Source: Candidatus Micrarchaeota archaeon (lineage in GTDB: Archaea; Micrarchaeota; Micrarchaeia; Anstonellales; Bilamarchaeaceae). From it: a stretch of DNA of 64,000 nucleotides. The notes below the pieces were generated by a model. The model did not search any database. It was given only the letters and a program-made list of their open reading frames with translations, and was not told the origin of the DNA. Shown here in pieces: positions 44,120-54,183 of this stretch. The stretch is taken from the NCBI GenBank assembly GCA_040754495.1, contig JBFMCO010000022.1:24908-88907 (forward strand). Reading direction: 5' to 3'. The position numbers and the translations under genes were made by a program. Each line of letters starts with the position of its first letter. The stretch's first letter is position 1.

Positions 44120-45354
44120 TCGGCAAGGCTCTTCTGGCTCCTGTCCACCGCCTTCCTCGCCGCCTGCAAATCGTCGAGGACCAGCTGGCCGAAGACGCCG
44201 TCGTAGCCGGGCACCCACTTCACCTTTCCGGTGTTCACCCGCACGAGGGCGTCGGCTATGTCCTTCCCGGTCGCGAGCCGGAGCTGCTCCTCCGGCGCCT
44301 CATAGACTGCGAACTCGTTGCCGAAATAGCGGATGAGCTTGGAATATTCCTCCGCGACCAGGGCTGAGGTCTCCGGCTTCTTCATCGCCTTCGAAATGAC
44401 CGTGGTCAGGGGGACGATGTACTGGAACGGCACGGCATCAGCCGGCCTGAAGCCGGCCTTGCGGTCTGCAAGGTCGCTCACCCGATGGAGCACGCCTATC
44501 GTGAGCTTCTTCCTGCACACCGGGCAGATGTTCCCCTTCGCCTTGGATTCCGCTGGCGAGAGGAGCACCTTGCAGTCCCTGTGGCCGTCGAAATGGTACT
44601 TGCCCTCCTCGGGATAGAACTCGTACGTCTTGAGGAGCCCCTTCCTGCTCTTGATTGCGTCAGTGACGGATTTGTATGTGGGTTCGCCGAGCTCGAAGAC
44701 GTTGGCCTCGCGGCCGAGCTTCTCCGGGCTGTGCGCGTCGCTGTTCGAGAGGAGCGTGAAGCGGTCGAGCCCGCTCACGGTCCAGTTCATGGCAGGGTCG
44801 CTTGAGAGGCCGGTCTCGAGCGCGTAAATCCTGCGCGCCTTCTCCTCGAACGCCTCCTCGACCGAATCCACCCCGCCCCGCGAGCCGAATACCGAGAACC
44901 AGGGCGTCCAGGCATGGGCGGGGATTATCATGATGTCTTCCGAGATGGAGAACAGCTCGTCGGCAAGGGCCGCGCTCGACATCATGAGCGTCGGCCGCCC
45001 GTCCTCTTTCAGGTTGCCATGATGCGAGAGCCGCTCGTTTACCTGCGCGACGATATCAAGGGAAGGTGCAAGGAGCACATGGTGCATGCGGCGGTTCTTC
45101 CCGCGGTAGTCGTAGGTCACGCTCACTTCCGTGGAGAGTATGAAGCGGATGCCGCCAAAAGAGAACAGCCCGCTCCCGTCCTCCTGCAAATCGCGCCTGA
45201 GCTCGGAGAAATACCCCGGGTGGGTGAAATCCCCTGTGCCCATCAGGCTTATGCCCTTCACCTTCGCGCCTTCGGTGAGGCCGGATATGTCGCAGCGCGG
45301 GCTGGTGGCGCGTGCGTATTTGCTGTGCACGTGGAAGTCAGCGATTATCCGCAT
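44113..45354 (-). CDS. PHP-domain endonuclease Q family protein
   Basis: ADFHVHSKYARATS, GTGDFTHP, IPAHAWTPW, ETGLSSD, NSDAHS, YPEEGKYH and CPVC motifs. Confidence 0.9.
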   Translation of the reverse strand: MRIIADFHVHSKYARATSPRCDISGLTEGAKVKGISLMGTGDFTHPGYFSELRRDLQEDGSGLFSFGGIRFILSTEVSVTYDYRGKNRRMHHVLLAPSLDIVAQVNERLSHHGNLKEDGRPTLMMSSAALADELFSISEDIMIIPAHAWTPWFSVFGSRGGVDSVEEAFEEKARRIYALETGLSSDPAMNWTVSGLDRFTLLSNSDAHSPEKLGREANVFELGEPTYKSVTDAIKSRKGLLKTYEFYPEEGKYHFDGHRDCKVLLSPAESKAKGNICPVCRKKLTIGVLHRVSDLADRKAGFRPADAVPFQYIVPLTTVISKAMKKPETSALVAEEYSKLIRYFGNEFAVYEAPEEQLRLATGKDIADALVRVNTGKVKWVPGYDGVFGQLVLDDLQAARKAVDRSQKSLADY

Positions 45355-45405
45355 CGGCTGGAAAAGGCGGCCAAACTATTTAAAGAGCCCCTGCGATATG
45401 CGCTC

Positions 45406-46170
45406 ATGGGAGGAAAGAGGAAGGCGGAGCCCGTGCCATCGCGCAGCCCGTCAACGGCAATGCGTCCCTTCGAAAACGCTTTCGAAAGGGCATTCGGGAT
45501 GAAGACCGGAGACATCGGAAAGAGCTGGGAGGGGGCCAAGTCACTCTTCAACCATGGAAAGGCCGAACCCGCCATGAAGGAGCTCCTCGAGCGCGCGGAC
45601 GAGCGGCTCGGATACGCCCTCATCGGAGCCGGATGCCTGCTCCTTTTCGTCCTCACCTTCGCCGCCTCGGCCGAATACGTGCATGTGGTCAATTTCGAGT
45701 CCAGGACGGTAGGCGACATAGTCGGGGAGCAGCTTCCGACGCTGGACCCGCCCATACTCATTCCCATAGCGGCTTATTCGTTCATCCTCCACGCCGTCCT
45801 GACCTTTGCCCTCAATCTGGCGCAGGAGTTCGCGGCGTTCCACATCGCGAGGCTGACCGGGGGGACCGGGACTTTCAGGCAGCAGCTTTATCTTTCCTCG
45901 GTGGTGTGGCTGGCCGTGTCGATGTCCTGGTCCGTGACGCTCCTCGGGCCGCTATACTGCCTTGCGTTCGTGGCGATAGCGTCCCTCATCCTCGTCACCT
46001 TCCTCTACCTCATGGTCTACATGAACGGGAGGGCGTATGCGATAGCGCACAACATCTCCCTCCTTCACGGAGCGACGATAGCATTCGTGCTCGTAGTCCC
46101 GAAGATAGCCATCTGGATGCTCGCCTCCTCGGCGCTCGCCACCCTGATGGGCCTCCCGATAGGTGCCTGA
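45406..46170 (+). CDS. Multi-pass membrane protein (Yip1-like)
   Basis: About five hydrophobic helices; GGTGTFRQQL segment. Confidence 0.7.
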   Translation: MGGKRKAEPVPSRSPSTAMRPFENAFERAFGMKTGDIGKSWEGAKSLFNHGKAEPAMKELLERADERLGYALIGAGCLLLFVLTFAASAEYVHVVNFESRTVGDIVGEQLPTLDPPILIPIAAYSFILHAVLTFALNLAQEFAAFHIARLTGGTGTFRQQLYLSSVVWLAVSMSWSVTLLGPLYCLAFVAIASLILVTFLYLMVYMNGRAYAIAHNISLLHGATIAFVLVVPKIAIWMLASSALATLMGLPIGA

Positions 46171-46171
46171 C

Positions 46172-47128
46172 ATGCCGTTCGACCCGAAAAAATTCATAGC
46201 CCAGGCGGAGAAGGAAATCGCGAAGACCCTTGGCAGGGAAACCGCCGTCACCGCAGTCTCTGGCGGAGTGGATTCGTTCGTTGCCGCGACGCTCGCGGCA
46301 AGGGCATCCCCCGGCCAGGTCCACATCGTCTATGTGGACAACGGCCTGATGCGGAAGAATGAAACCGAGAAGGTCAGGTCCGCGGCCCGCGCGCTCGGCG
46401 TCGAGCTGCACGTCCTTGACGGCAGGGCGAGGTTCCTCGGGGCGCTTGCAGGAGTAGCCGAGCCCGAGGCCAAGCGGAAAATCATAGGAGAGGTCTTCGT
46501 GAGGATGTTCGAGGAGGAGGCGAAAAAGCTCAACGCCGCCTTCCTCATCCAGGGCACCATCGCACCCGACTGGATAGAAAGCGGAGGCATGGGCCGCGAC
46601 ACGATAAAGAGCCACCACAACGTGGGCGGGCTGCCCGAGAAAATGCACCTCAAGCTGTGCGAGCCTCTGCGCGAGCTGTACAAGCACGAGGTCCGGATGG
46701 TCGGGAAGGAGCTCGGGCTCCCGGAGAGCATATACCAGAGGCAGCCGTTCCCGGGCCCGGGCCTCGGCGTCCGCATAGTGGGGGAGGTCACCGCGGAGAA
46801 GGTGCTGATTGTGCAGGATGCGTGCGACATCGCCGAGACCGAGATAGACGCCGCGGTCGCGGCCGGGAAGATGGAGAGGCCGTGGCAGTATTTCGCTGCT
46901 CTCCTGCCCTCGAAGACCGTAGGCGTGCGCGGGGACGAAAGGGCGTACCAGTATACGGTCGTCGTCCGCGCGGTCCGCTCTCTTGACGGCATGACCGCGA
47001 ATTTTTCCCACATCCCGCCCGAGGTTCTCGAGAGGATTTCCACGCGGATAACGAACGAAATCAGGACGGTGGGGCGCGTGGTCTACGACATCACGAACAA
47101 GCCGCCCGGGACGATAGAGATGGAGTGA
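46172..47128 (+). CDS. guaAB: GMP synthase subunit B (ATP pyrophosphatase)
   Basis: SGGVDS, IQGTIAPD, IKSHHNVGG, RQPFPGPGLG and YDITNKPPGTIE motifs; no GATase domain. Confidence 0.95.
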   Translation: MPFDPKKFIAQAEKEIAKTLGRETAVTAVSGGVDSFVAATLAARASPGQVHIVYVDNGLMRKNETEKVRSAARALGVELHVLDGRARFLGALAGVAEPEAKRKIIGEVFVRMFEEEAKKLNAAFLIQGTIAPDWIESGGMGRDTIKSHHNVGGLPEKMHLKLCEPLRELYKHEVRMVGKELGLPESIYQRQPFPGPGLGVRIVGEVTAEKVLIVQDACDIAETEIDAAVAAGKMERPWQYFAALLPSKTVGVRGDERAYQYTVVVRAVRSLDGMTANFSHIPPEVLERISTRITNEIRTVGRVVYDITNKPPGTIEME

Positions 47129-47137
47129 CGGAGTGGC

Positions 47138-48118
47138 CTAGACGAGGGACGGCTCGATGGATACCGGCCACTTCGTCCCCTGCGGCCCGGCGACCAGCCC
47201 GCTTTTTATCAGCTTGGCCCTGCCGCATGCCTGGTGCAATGCCGAATGGATGTCGTCCTTGAAGAACCAGGACTCGAAAAAATTGTTGCCCTGCGGATAG
47301 AACGAGGCAAGCTCTGCAAGGGTCCCGAGCACCCCGTTCGAGATGTCATGCAGGCAAAAGCCATGGTAATCCTCGAAATATGCGAAATAGGAAGGATTCG
47401 CCCTCGAATAGTGCCGCAGCATGGCAGCATACATCAGGGAAAGGAGCGCAAGCGACTCCTCGGGGTTTGCGGAAAGCTCGTTCGCAAATGCGAACGCCCT
47501 CCGAAGCCTTATTCCGAGCACCTCGAAAAAAACGACGTTCCCCCCGCATGCATGATAATTGGCTTCAGGATGCGGGATTATGATGCCGGACAGCTCCATG
47601 TCTCTCATCGCCTCATCAAGGTCCGGGCAGGAAGCGCGCTCGGACGAGTCGAACTTCGCCTGGATGGCATCGCGCTCGCCGCGTCCATCGGCCTCGTAAT
47701 ACCGCCGCATGAAATCGGCACGGCGCGCGATGACGCCCGTCCCGTCCTCCACGTAGCCGGAGTACATGGCCGAGACCGCCCGGCCGCCGAGGGCGGATAT
47801 ACGGAGCTCGCGCGCATCGATGAAATTTTGGGGGAACATGCTCCTGGCAAAACGCAGGGCGAGGAAGCGCATGACGTGGTTGGCCGGCTCCCGCGGCGAA
47901 ACCTGGTACGGGGAGACGTATTTTCCATCGGCGTGGTACAGCTGGAAACTCATACCCCGGGCGCCGTCCATATCCTGCAGCCGCTCGACCATGCCGGAAT
48001 ATCTCCCGGAAAGCATGCGGCTGACGCTGGCCTCGTCGGTCCGGCAAAACGGCTCGCGCTCTCCCCGGACAGGCTGCGCGCAGCGTATCCGCGGGCGGGC
48101 CCGGCTGGTCCCATCCAT
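47138..48118 (-). CDS. Hypothetical protein
   Basis: 326-aa ORF occupying the interval; no clear family motif. Confidence 0.6.
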   Translation of the reverse strand: MDGTSRARPRIRCAQPVRGEREPFCRTDEASVSRMLSGRYSGMVERLQDMDGARGMSFQLYHADGKYVSPYQVSPREPANHVMRFLALRFARSMFPQNFIDARELRISALGGRAVSAMYSGYVEDGTGVIARRADFMRRYYEADGRGERDAIQAKFDSSERASCPDLDEAMRDMELSGIIIPHPEANYHACGGNVVFFEVLGIRLRRAFAFANELSANPEESLALLSLMYAAMLRHYSRANPSYFAYFEDYHGFCLHDISNGVLGTLAELASFYPQGNNFFESWFFKDDIHSALHQACGRAKLIKSGLVAGPQGTKWPVSIEPSLV

Positions 48119-48144
48119 GTTATACTAAGTAGTTTGACGTGTTT

Positions 48145-48738
48145 TTAAATGGGCTGCCATGCGCGTTCGGCGGCGGACAGCCGGTGCCGGCCGCCCGGCA
48201 CGATGCTCCTCCTGAAGGCCATGCGCAGGGACTGCTCGCCATCGTCGTTGTGGGCCAGCCTCAGGCCGGCCGCTTCCAGCGTTGGGCGTATGCACCCGGC
48301 AAATGCCTTCATTGCATCCCTGTCGCGGAAGTTCTCGACGCTCCGTATCGCAGCCCCGCCCCGCGTGAGCACCATGCAGCCGCCCCCGGATTTCCCCAGC
48401 CACAGCTCGGCCGCGGTTATTTGCCCGTAGGTAAGCCTCTTCGGGCCCATGCCGAGCGTCGGCTGGATGAGCAGCCCCTCCTCGAACACCCTGAGCGGCA
48501 CCTTGAAGAGGAGGCCGTTCGACTTCAGGTACATGCCGAAGAATCCCATGAACGCGAGCCCGCTCAGGGCGAATACGAATGCCGTAGGGGCCGCGCCGGA
48601 AAGGGGCTCGTGAGGGGAGGCGAGGATGTATATGGGGATGACCAGCAGCGGCATGAAGGAGAGTGCAAGCACCACGAGCCCGGCTGAGCTGTGGTCTTGC
48701 GAATAGTCCCTTGCGTCAGCGACCATCTTCATGGGCAA
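48145..48738 (-). CDS. Membrane protein with soluble C-terminal domain
   Basis: Two N-terminal hydrophobic helices. Confidence 0.65.
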   Translation of the reverse strand: MPMKMVADARDYSQDHSSAGLVVLALSFMPLLVIPIYILASPHEPLSGAAPTAFVFALSGLAFMGFFGMYLKSNGLLFKVPLRVFEEGLLIQPTLGMGPKRLTYGQITAAELWLGKSGGGCMVLTRGGAAIRSVENFRDRDAMKAFAGCIRPTLEAAGLRLAHNDDGEQSLRMAFRRSIVPGGRHRLSAAERAWQPI

Positions 48739-48749
48739 ACCATCCGGGG

Positions 48750-49028
48750 TCAGATGCTCTCGAGCAGCCTGAGGAACCTGGAATGCAGCGGCGTCGAGCC
48801 ATCCAGCCGCAGCTCCGAAACGTTCCTGGCGACACGCATGTCTAGGTCGGCCCGCGCCATCGCTTGCGCGCCGCCCGTCCTCGCGCCCTCTGCCGGGGTG
48901 CGCACGTGCCTCGCGGCCCTCCCGAGGGAGTCGAGCGCGCCATGGAGCTCCCGCTCCTCCCTCCTTATTGAAGGCAGCTGCCGCTCGGCCTGCTTCGGGG
49001 CAACTCTTTCGCGGAACGTCTCCACCAT
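48750..49028 (-). CDS. Hypothetical protein
   Basis: Short helical ORF, divergent from 49148 across an AT-rich spacer. Confidence 0.45.
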   Translation of the reverse strand: MVETFRERVAPKQAERQLPSIRREERELHGALDSLGRAARHVRTPAEGARTGGAQAMARADLDMRVARNVSELRLDGSTPLHSRFLRLLESI

Positions 49029-49147
49029 GTTCCCACTTTTTAACGTTTATTGCGATAAATTAGTGCATGAAAGAGTTTTAATGCCTATCGAGCGCCTATT
49101 GGGGTGCGTATCATAGGTTTAATTGTCTTCACGCATATGAATAGTGC

Positions 49148-49570
49148 GTGAGAAAAAGTCTTGTCCGGAGCGATGAGGAATTCGGCCAGGGTATGCGGCT
49201 CCTCGAGCGCGACCTGGGCAACGTCTTCAGGAATGCCCAGAACGCCCCTCCCGAGCAGCGGGCGTGGGCGCGGGACGTGCTGGAGGAGGCGGCGAGAATC
49301 GCAAGGAGCGGCGGCGACAGGCGGAGCCTTGAGCGCATGCTCCGCTCTCCGCCAAGCGGCGTATCGGCACAGCTCGTTTCCGCCCTCGCGACTGCGGCGA
49401 ATTCTGCGCTCTCGCTTCCGGATACGCAGCAGCAGAGGGCGGCCGTTGGCAGCGAGCTTGAAAATGCCGCGTCCCAGCTTTACAGCGGCCACCTTCCGGG
49501 GCAGGGGCCTCCGGCCGGCATGCTCGAGCATTACCGGCGCGTGATGAAAAGCACGCCGCGGAAGCAGTGA
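49148..49570 (+). CDS. Hypothetical protein
   Basis: 140-aa helical ORF after an AT-rich spacer. Confidence 0.5.
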   Translation: MRKSLVRSDEEFGQGMRLLERDLGNVFRNAQNAPPEQRAWARDVLEEAARIARSGGDRRSLERMLRSPPSGVSAQLVSALATAANSALSLPDTQQQRAAVGSELENAASQLYSGHLPGQGPPAGMLEHYRRVMKSTPRKQ

Positions 49571-49600
49571 TTAAGTTACTTTCGGCGCCTTGTTCTCTCC

Positions 49601-50107
49601 ATGGAAGGGATAGAGGAGGCGAAGGGGCTCGTCGTCCAGCAGCGCTACCGGGAGGCGGCCGACGCCCTCGACCGCATGCTCGCAACCGATAGCGGCCGGG
49701 ACGACCTGTGGTACCTGCGGGGCATCGTCTCGCTGAAGATGAAGAACTACGACGCGGCCCTGGAGTGCTTCGAGCGCGCCCTCCTGCTCGGCCGCCGCTC
49801 GCGCTATTATCAGATAAAGGGTATGGCCCATTTCGAGCTCTTCGAGATGGACCAGGCCGTGGAGGCCTTCGGCGAGGCCCTCGCCATAGAGCCCAAGGAC
49901 GCCACCACCAATTTCTTCCTGGCCATCTGCTACATGTTCATGGACGACCCGCGCTCGGATGCGCACATACGCCGCGCGCGAGAGCTTGATGGCCGCAAGA
50001 CAAGGCAGCTCCTGCTGAACTTCTACACGCTCTTCATGAAGGACGACCCACGCATCAACGATGCGCAGAAGAAGAGGATTGAAGAGCGCATGAATGGGCT
50101 GAAGTGA
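49601..50107 (+). CDS. Tetratricopeptide repeat protein
   Basis: WYLRG...ALECFERAL and KGMAHFEL...AVEAFGEALAIEP repeats. Confidence 0.88.
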   Translation: MEGIEEAKGLVVQQRYREAADALDRMLATDSGRDDLWYLRGIVSLKMKNYDAALECFERALLLGRRSRYYQIKGMAHFELFEMDQAVEAFGEALAIEPKDATTNFFLAICYMFMDDPRSDAHIRRARELDGRKTRQLLLNFYTLFMKDDPRINDAQKKRIEERMNGLK

Positions 50108-50175
50108 AACGTGATTAGGCTTTTCCCTAATGAAATCCCCGCTTTTTAAGTGAAGAAAACGCAGTATAATCGGTC

Positions 50176-51354
50176 ATGAAGAACAGCATATTGTTGCTCG
50201 GACTAATGATTTGGGGAGTTCTTTCCTTTGCGTATGGGGGTGCGGCTTATTCGACGAACGCCTACTATGCCGTGATGTTCGATGACCGGGGCCTCGCTAG
50301 CACCGCGCTGCGGCTCGATTACGTGAACAACGGGCAGGGTGCGATTGACCACATCAGCCTGGACATACCCGGGAACGACGTGCGCATCGTCAGCGCTTAT
50401 GTGAAAGAGGAGTGCCTGCCGGAAAACAGCTCGCCCCGGGATTACGGCTATTACTACTACGATGACTGTCCTTACCCGGGTTACAGTTTCGTGCCGGCGA
50501 AACTGACGGCATTGGGCGGCGGCAGCTACAGCATCGCATTGAACAAGACAGTCCAGAAGGGCGGCGGCACCAGCATTCTGGTTTTCTACCGCGCTTTCGG
50601 ATATGTGGACGATACCCTGACCGGGAAGAGGTTCGATTTCGAGACACCCGGGTACGATTTCGATGTGGAGAGCACGCGGGTGGCCATCGACGTGGATGAG
50701 GACCTGCACCTCAAAGAAGGCGGCAGCGAGGGCAATTATAACCAGATGCGGAGTGCCGTGCTTGCGGGGGGCGCGGCACCGGGCTCAAGCAACCTGCAGT
50801 CAGCTCTCTCCAGCTCGTACAGCTATGTCAGCTATGCACACGGATATGTGAGGCAGAAGAGCGCCCTGCTTGCAGGCGAGTCGTTCACGATGAGCGGCAA
50901 TTACGGGAAGGAATGGCTACAGCTTTATCTGCCCGAGATGGCTGCCATGTTGCTGGTCCTGGCAGGGGTCGGTTGGTTCGTGCGGAAGAAGGCAAACGAG
51001 GCGGAGCGTCAGGTGCAAAAGGGCAACGGCGAGAGGAAGGGCGACCTGGCCGATGTCGCCGTGTTTTCATTCATCTCCGCGGTGGGATTTGCGCTGCTCA
51101 TATCGCTCGCGGTGCTCGTGATTTTGTGGAGCAGGACGAAGGCGGAGGACCCCGGCGTGCTGGCGCTTGCCGGATTCCTTGCATGGCTGTCGGTCACGGC
51201 ATACCTCTACATCCAGAAGAGCAAGGAAGGGAACGGCCTTGCAGCGGCGATGATGTTCGTCGGCTTCAGCGTTATAATCACTCCCTTCATGCTCCTGATG
51301 GCGCTGTGGATATGGTCGCTGGTGGCGTATCATCCGCCCTATTACTACTATTGA
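50176..51354 (+). CDS. Secreted/membrane protein
   Basis: N-terminal signal peptide, a beta-rich domain and four C-terminal TM helices. Confidence 0.75.
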   Translation: MKNSILLLGLMIWGVLSFAYGGAAYSTNAYYAVMFDDRGLASTALRLDYVNNGQGAIDHISLDIPGNDVRIVSAYVKEECLPENSSPRDYGYYYYDDCPYPGYSFVPAKLTALGGGSYSIALNKTVQKGGGTSILVFYRAFGYVDDTLTGKRFDFETPGYDFDVESTRVAIDVDEDLHLKEGGSEGNYNQMRSAVLAGGAAPGSSNLQSALSSSYSYVSYAHGYVRQKSALLAGESFTMSGNYGKEWLQLYLPEMAAMLLVLAGVGWFVRKKANEAERQVQKGNGERKGDLADVAVFSFISAVGFALLISLAVLVILWSRTKAEDPGVLALAGFLAWLSVTAYLYIQKSKEGNGLAAAMMFVGFSVIITPFMLLMALWIWSLVAYHPPYYYY

Positions 51355-51377
51355 GGATGGGTGCGGGTGCCATCTTT

Positions 51378-51950
51378 TTATCCTTTTTTCCCGCTCATGC
51401 GCTGGAACACGAGCACCGCAACGAGCGCCAGCGTGAGCAGCAGGAAGAACATCGCCAGGACGCCTACGAAGCTCTGCGAACCTGATTGAAGGGAGCCGAG
51501 TGCCGAGGACAGGCATGCGCCCTCTCCGCAGCCTGTTGGGATTGTGGCATTCTGGGACGGGGGGGCAGTCACCGCCGGCGAACCGGTAAGCGCGCTGATT
51601 ATTATGGGCATTGCGGCATAAAGGAAGAGTAGCCCGACGCTGATGATTGCGGAGCCGCTGGCAAGGAGCATGACGACGCTCATGCGCCTTCCTTCCACTA
51701 TCCCCCTCCCGGTGCGGGTGAGGCGGTAGTATTTCCATTTTTTTTCGGCATACTCCGGAACCAGCTCGATAAGACCCGCCTTCTGGAGCTGCCCCACGTG
51801 CTCCAGGACCGTCGGCGCGGAGATGCCGAGTTCGGCGGCAAGCTCGCTCTGGGTCTTCTGCCTCTCGCGCAGCGCCTTGAGCATTTTCGTGCGGGTCTCG
51901 GCCCCCATGGCGCGGAGCATCTGGCGGCTCACGACAACGTCCTCGTCCAC
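51378..51950 (-). CDS. ArsR-like wHTH regulator with C-terminal TM helices
   Basis: ETRTKMLKAL...SELAAELGISAPTVLEHVGQLQKAGLI...YYRLT, followed by two hydrophobic helices. Confidence 0.85.
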   Translation of the reverse strand: MDEDVVVSRQMLRAMGAETRTKMLKALRERQKTQSELAAELGISAPTVLEHVGQLQKAGLIELVPEYAEKKWKYYRLTRTGRGIVEGRRMSVVMLLASGSAIISVGLLFLYAAMPIIISALTGSPAVTAPPSQNATIPTGCGEGACLSSALGSLQSGSQSFVGVLAMFFLLLTLALVAVLVFQRMSGKKG

Positions 51951-52039
51951 GGAAAGGGTACGCAGGGCGCATTTAATTGTTTTACGAAATGATTAGGCGA
52001 CGCCGGCAAGCGCAGGGAGCGCATACGCTCCATGGGGAG

Positions 52040-52369
52040 CTAGCCGAAAAGCAGCACGCCCGCCACGATGGACGCGTTCACGAGGGTGAAGAGCGCGTAT
52101 ATCGCTATGATATGCCTCTCATTATGCACTATGCCATAGAGCATCCAGAAGACCGCCCCGACCGTGTATGCAAACCACGACAGGGCGGAAACGCCGGAGG
52201 CGTCCTTCTCCAGCCAAATCTTGGCCGCCTGGGGAACTGTCATCAGCACGGTGAAAAGGGCCACCGCGAAGACAAGATTGTCGAACGCGGCTTTCCACTT
52301 CTCCGTCACGGGCCTCCGCACGGCCCTGGCCGCTGGGGCCGATGACGACAACTTTCCGGGTTTTACCAT
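52040..52369 (-). CDS. SemiSWEET / PQ-loop family transporter
   Basis: TVPQAAKIW...ASGVS...FWMLYG pattern; three helices. Confidence 0.85.
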   Translation of the reverse strand: MVKPGKLSSSAPAARAVRRPVTEKWKAAFDNLVFAVALFTVLMTVPQAAKIWLEKDASGVSALSWFAYTVGAVFWMLYGIVHNERHIIAIYALFTLVNASIVAGVLLFG

Positions 52370-52421
52370 GCAATGCAGATGCCCGGGCGGGTTAATATTT
52401 CTTCGCTAAGTTGCCTATTGC

Positions 52422-52883
52422 ATGAGGACGCCCGTCCTTGCGCTTATCGCGCTCCTTGCCGTCGGTTGCATCGAGCCGCAGGTCAGCCAGGAGCTGCCTC
52501 CTGACCTGTATATAGCCTATTCGTACGGAGCGTGCCACGCCGAGTGGGGCCGCACGGTGATAGAGATAGACGCCGAGGGCCGCGGCACCTACGAGAGCGG
52601 CATAGGGAACGGGGATGCCGGAGATGGGCCGGGCGTCGTGAGCGAAACGAGGCTGTTCAGGCTGGACCGGACCGAGCTTCTCTCGCTCCTCAACGGGATA
52701 GAGAGGTCCGGATTCTTCTACCTCGAGGACAGGTACGCGAACCCGCTCATCGTGGACGGCGACTGCAACTATATCTCCGTGACGCGAAACGGAACGGAGA
52801 AGATGGTTTCCATCTCGAACACGAAGCCGCCGGAAGCGTATTCGAAGGCGGCCGCGCTGATATCCGAAGCCGCTTCGGGCTAA
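52422..52883 (+). CDS. Putative lipoprotein
   Basis: LIALLAVG-C lipobox-like signal. Confidence 0.7.
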   Translation: MRTPVLALIALLAVGCIEPQVSQELPPDLYIAYSYGACHAEWGRTVIEIDAEGRGTYESGIGNGDAGDGPGVVSETRLFRLDRTELLSLLNGIERSGFFYLEDRYANPLIVDGDCNYISVTRNGTEKMVSISNTKPPEAYSKAAALISEAASG

Positions 52884-53287
52884 TGGCCTGCGGCGTAGCC
52901 GGGCCATAATCCATCGCAGTCCTCCGAGCTCTCCCCGGTCTTGCTCGAAGTCAGCACCGCGCACTGGTCGCCCTCTTCCACGCGGTAGATATCCAGGGCG
53001 AAGCCCTCGCCGCCGGCCGATGCCGTGCCTGATGAGCGGCACGCCTGCCTGCCCCGCCAGCTCTCGATGCCCTGGACCGTGAAATTCAGCTTCGTGCCGA
53101 AGACATCCATGTATCCCTTGTCCCCGGCATGGCAGCGGGCCGCGTCGAATGAGACGTTTTCCAGCTCCACGCGCACGCTGCTCCCGATGCTCCGGTAGGT
53201 CAGATAGCTGAAAAAGCCGGCCGCGGCAAGGCACGAGAGCAGGAGGAAGGAGAATACTATGAGCGCCTCCCTCGGCCCTATGCTCAT
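52880..53287 (-). CDS. Membrane-anchored hypothetical protein
   Basis: N-terminal TM helix and a Cys-containing soluble domain. Confidence 0.65.
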   Translation of the reverse strand: MSIGPREALIVFSFLLLSCLAAAGFFSYLTYRSIGSSVRVELENVSFDAARCHAGDKGYMDVFGTKLNFTVQGIESWRGRQACRSSGTASAGGEGFALDIYRVEEGDQCAVLTSSKTGESSEDCDGLWPGYAAGH

Positions 53288-54183
53288 GACGCTTCCTCCA
53301 GCTTCTTGCGCATCTGGTTCAGCCACACGCGCTCCTTGACAGCCCTGGGAACTACGGACTGCGCCAGCTTGTCCAGGTTGCCGAGGCGCTCCCGCGACGT
53401 CCAGACCTTCTTTTTCTTGAGCGAGCGCAGGTAATCCGGGTTGGCGAGCAGTATCTGCCGCACCATCCGCTCGTAATGCTGGCGCTTCCGCGTGACCTCC
53501 TGGAATTTCCGGAGGGCTGTCGTTTCTGCGACCGTCCCCTTGCCGCGCATGCGCATAAGCTGCCCCTGCGCCTGCATCTCTGCGTACCTGAGATTGTTTA
53601 TCAGCGTCATGAACTTGGCAATCGGTATCTGGATGAGCGAATCGGAAAGAAGGAGGAGCCAGCCTTCCTTGAGGAGCATCTTGTCTGCCTTCTCTATAGC
53701 CGCCATCGCATCCTGCTTGTCCATCTCGCCGCTAACATAGCCCCGCAGCTGGGGGTACGTGGCCGCGAGGGCCTTGGAATCTACCGTGCCCACCCAGCCC
53801 TTGAGGAAGCCCTTCGCGTCCTTGAGCTGGGCGCGCCATGAGCGGAGCGTCGCAAGCTTCGCCGCGGCCTCCTTGGCCGGCACGCTCTTGAAATCCAGGA
53901 GCCACGCCTTCTTCTGGAGGACCTTGCCGATGTACTCGTCATCCATGAACGCCTGGAGCAGTTCGGGGTAGTATTTGTGGAGGGCGCGGAATTCCTCCAG
54001 GCAATAAAGCAGCTCGTCGTATATCTCCGAGGTCTTCTTCGCTATCTCCAGCCTTGTTTCGGCCATCTCCTTCTTGATGTCGCGGTCGTAGATGCGCCGG
54101 TACTGCTCGTCAAGCCTCTTTAGCTTCTCCTTCTTCTCGCGCAGATATGCGGCGGCTTCCTCGAGGTATTCGACGAGAAGCAT
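53284..54183 (-). CDS. Hypothetical coiled-coil protein
   Basis: Long Lys/Glu/Leu helical ORF with an ATGA overlap with the upstream gene. Confidence 0.75.
   Translation of the reverse strand: MLLVEYLEEAAAYLREKKEKLKRLDEQYRRIYDRDIKKEMAETRLEIAKKTSEIYDELLYCLEEFRALHKYYPELLQAFMDDEYIGKVLQKKAWLLDFKSVPAKEAAAKLATLRSWRAQLKDAKGFLKGWVGTVDSKALAATYPQLRGYVSGEMDKQDAMAAIEKADKMLLKEGWLLLLSDSLIQIPIAKFMTLINNLRYAEMQAQGQLMRMRGKGTVAETTALRKFQEVTRKRQHYERMVRQILLANPDYLRSLKKKKVWTSRERLGNLDKLAQSVVPRAVKERVWLNQMRKKLEEAS

Noticed and set aside
47138-48118. Possible degenerate kinase (GIIIPHPEANY...VVFFE)
   Set aside because: No Gly-loop or VAxK lysine recognisable; too speculative without a structure search.
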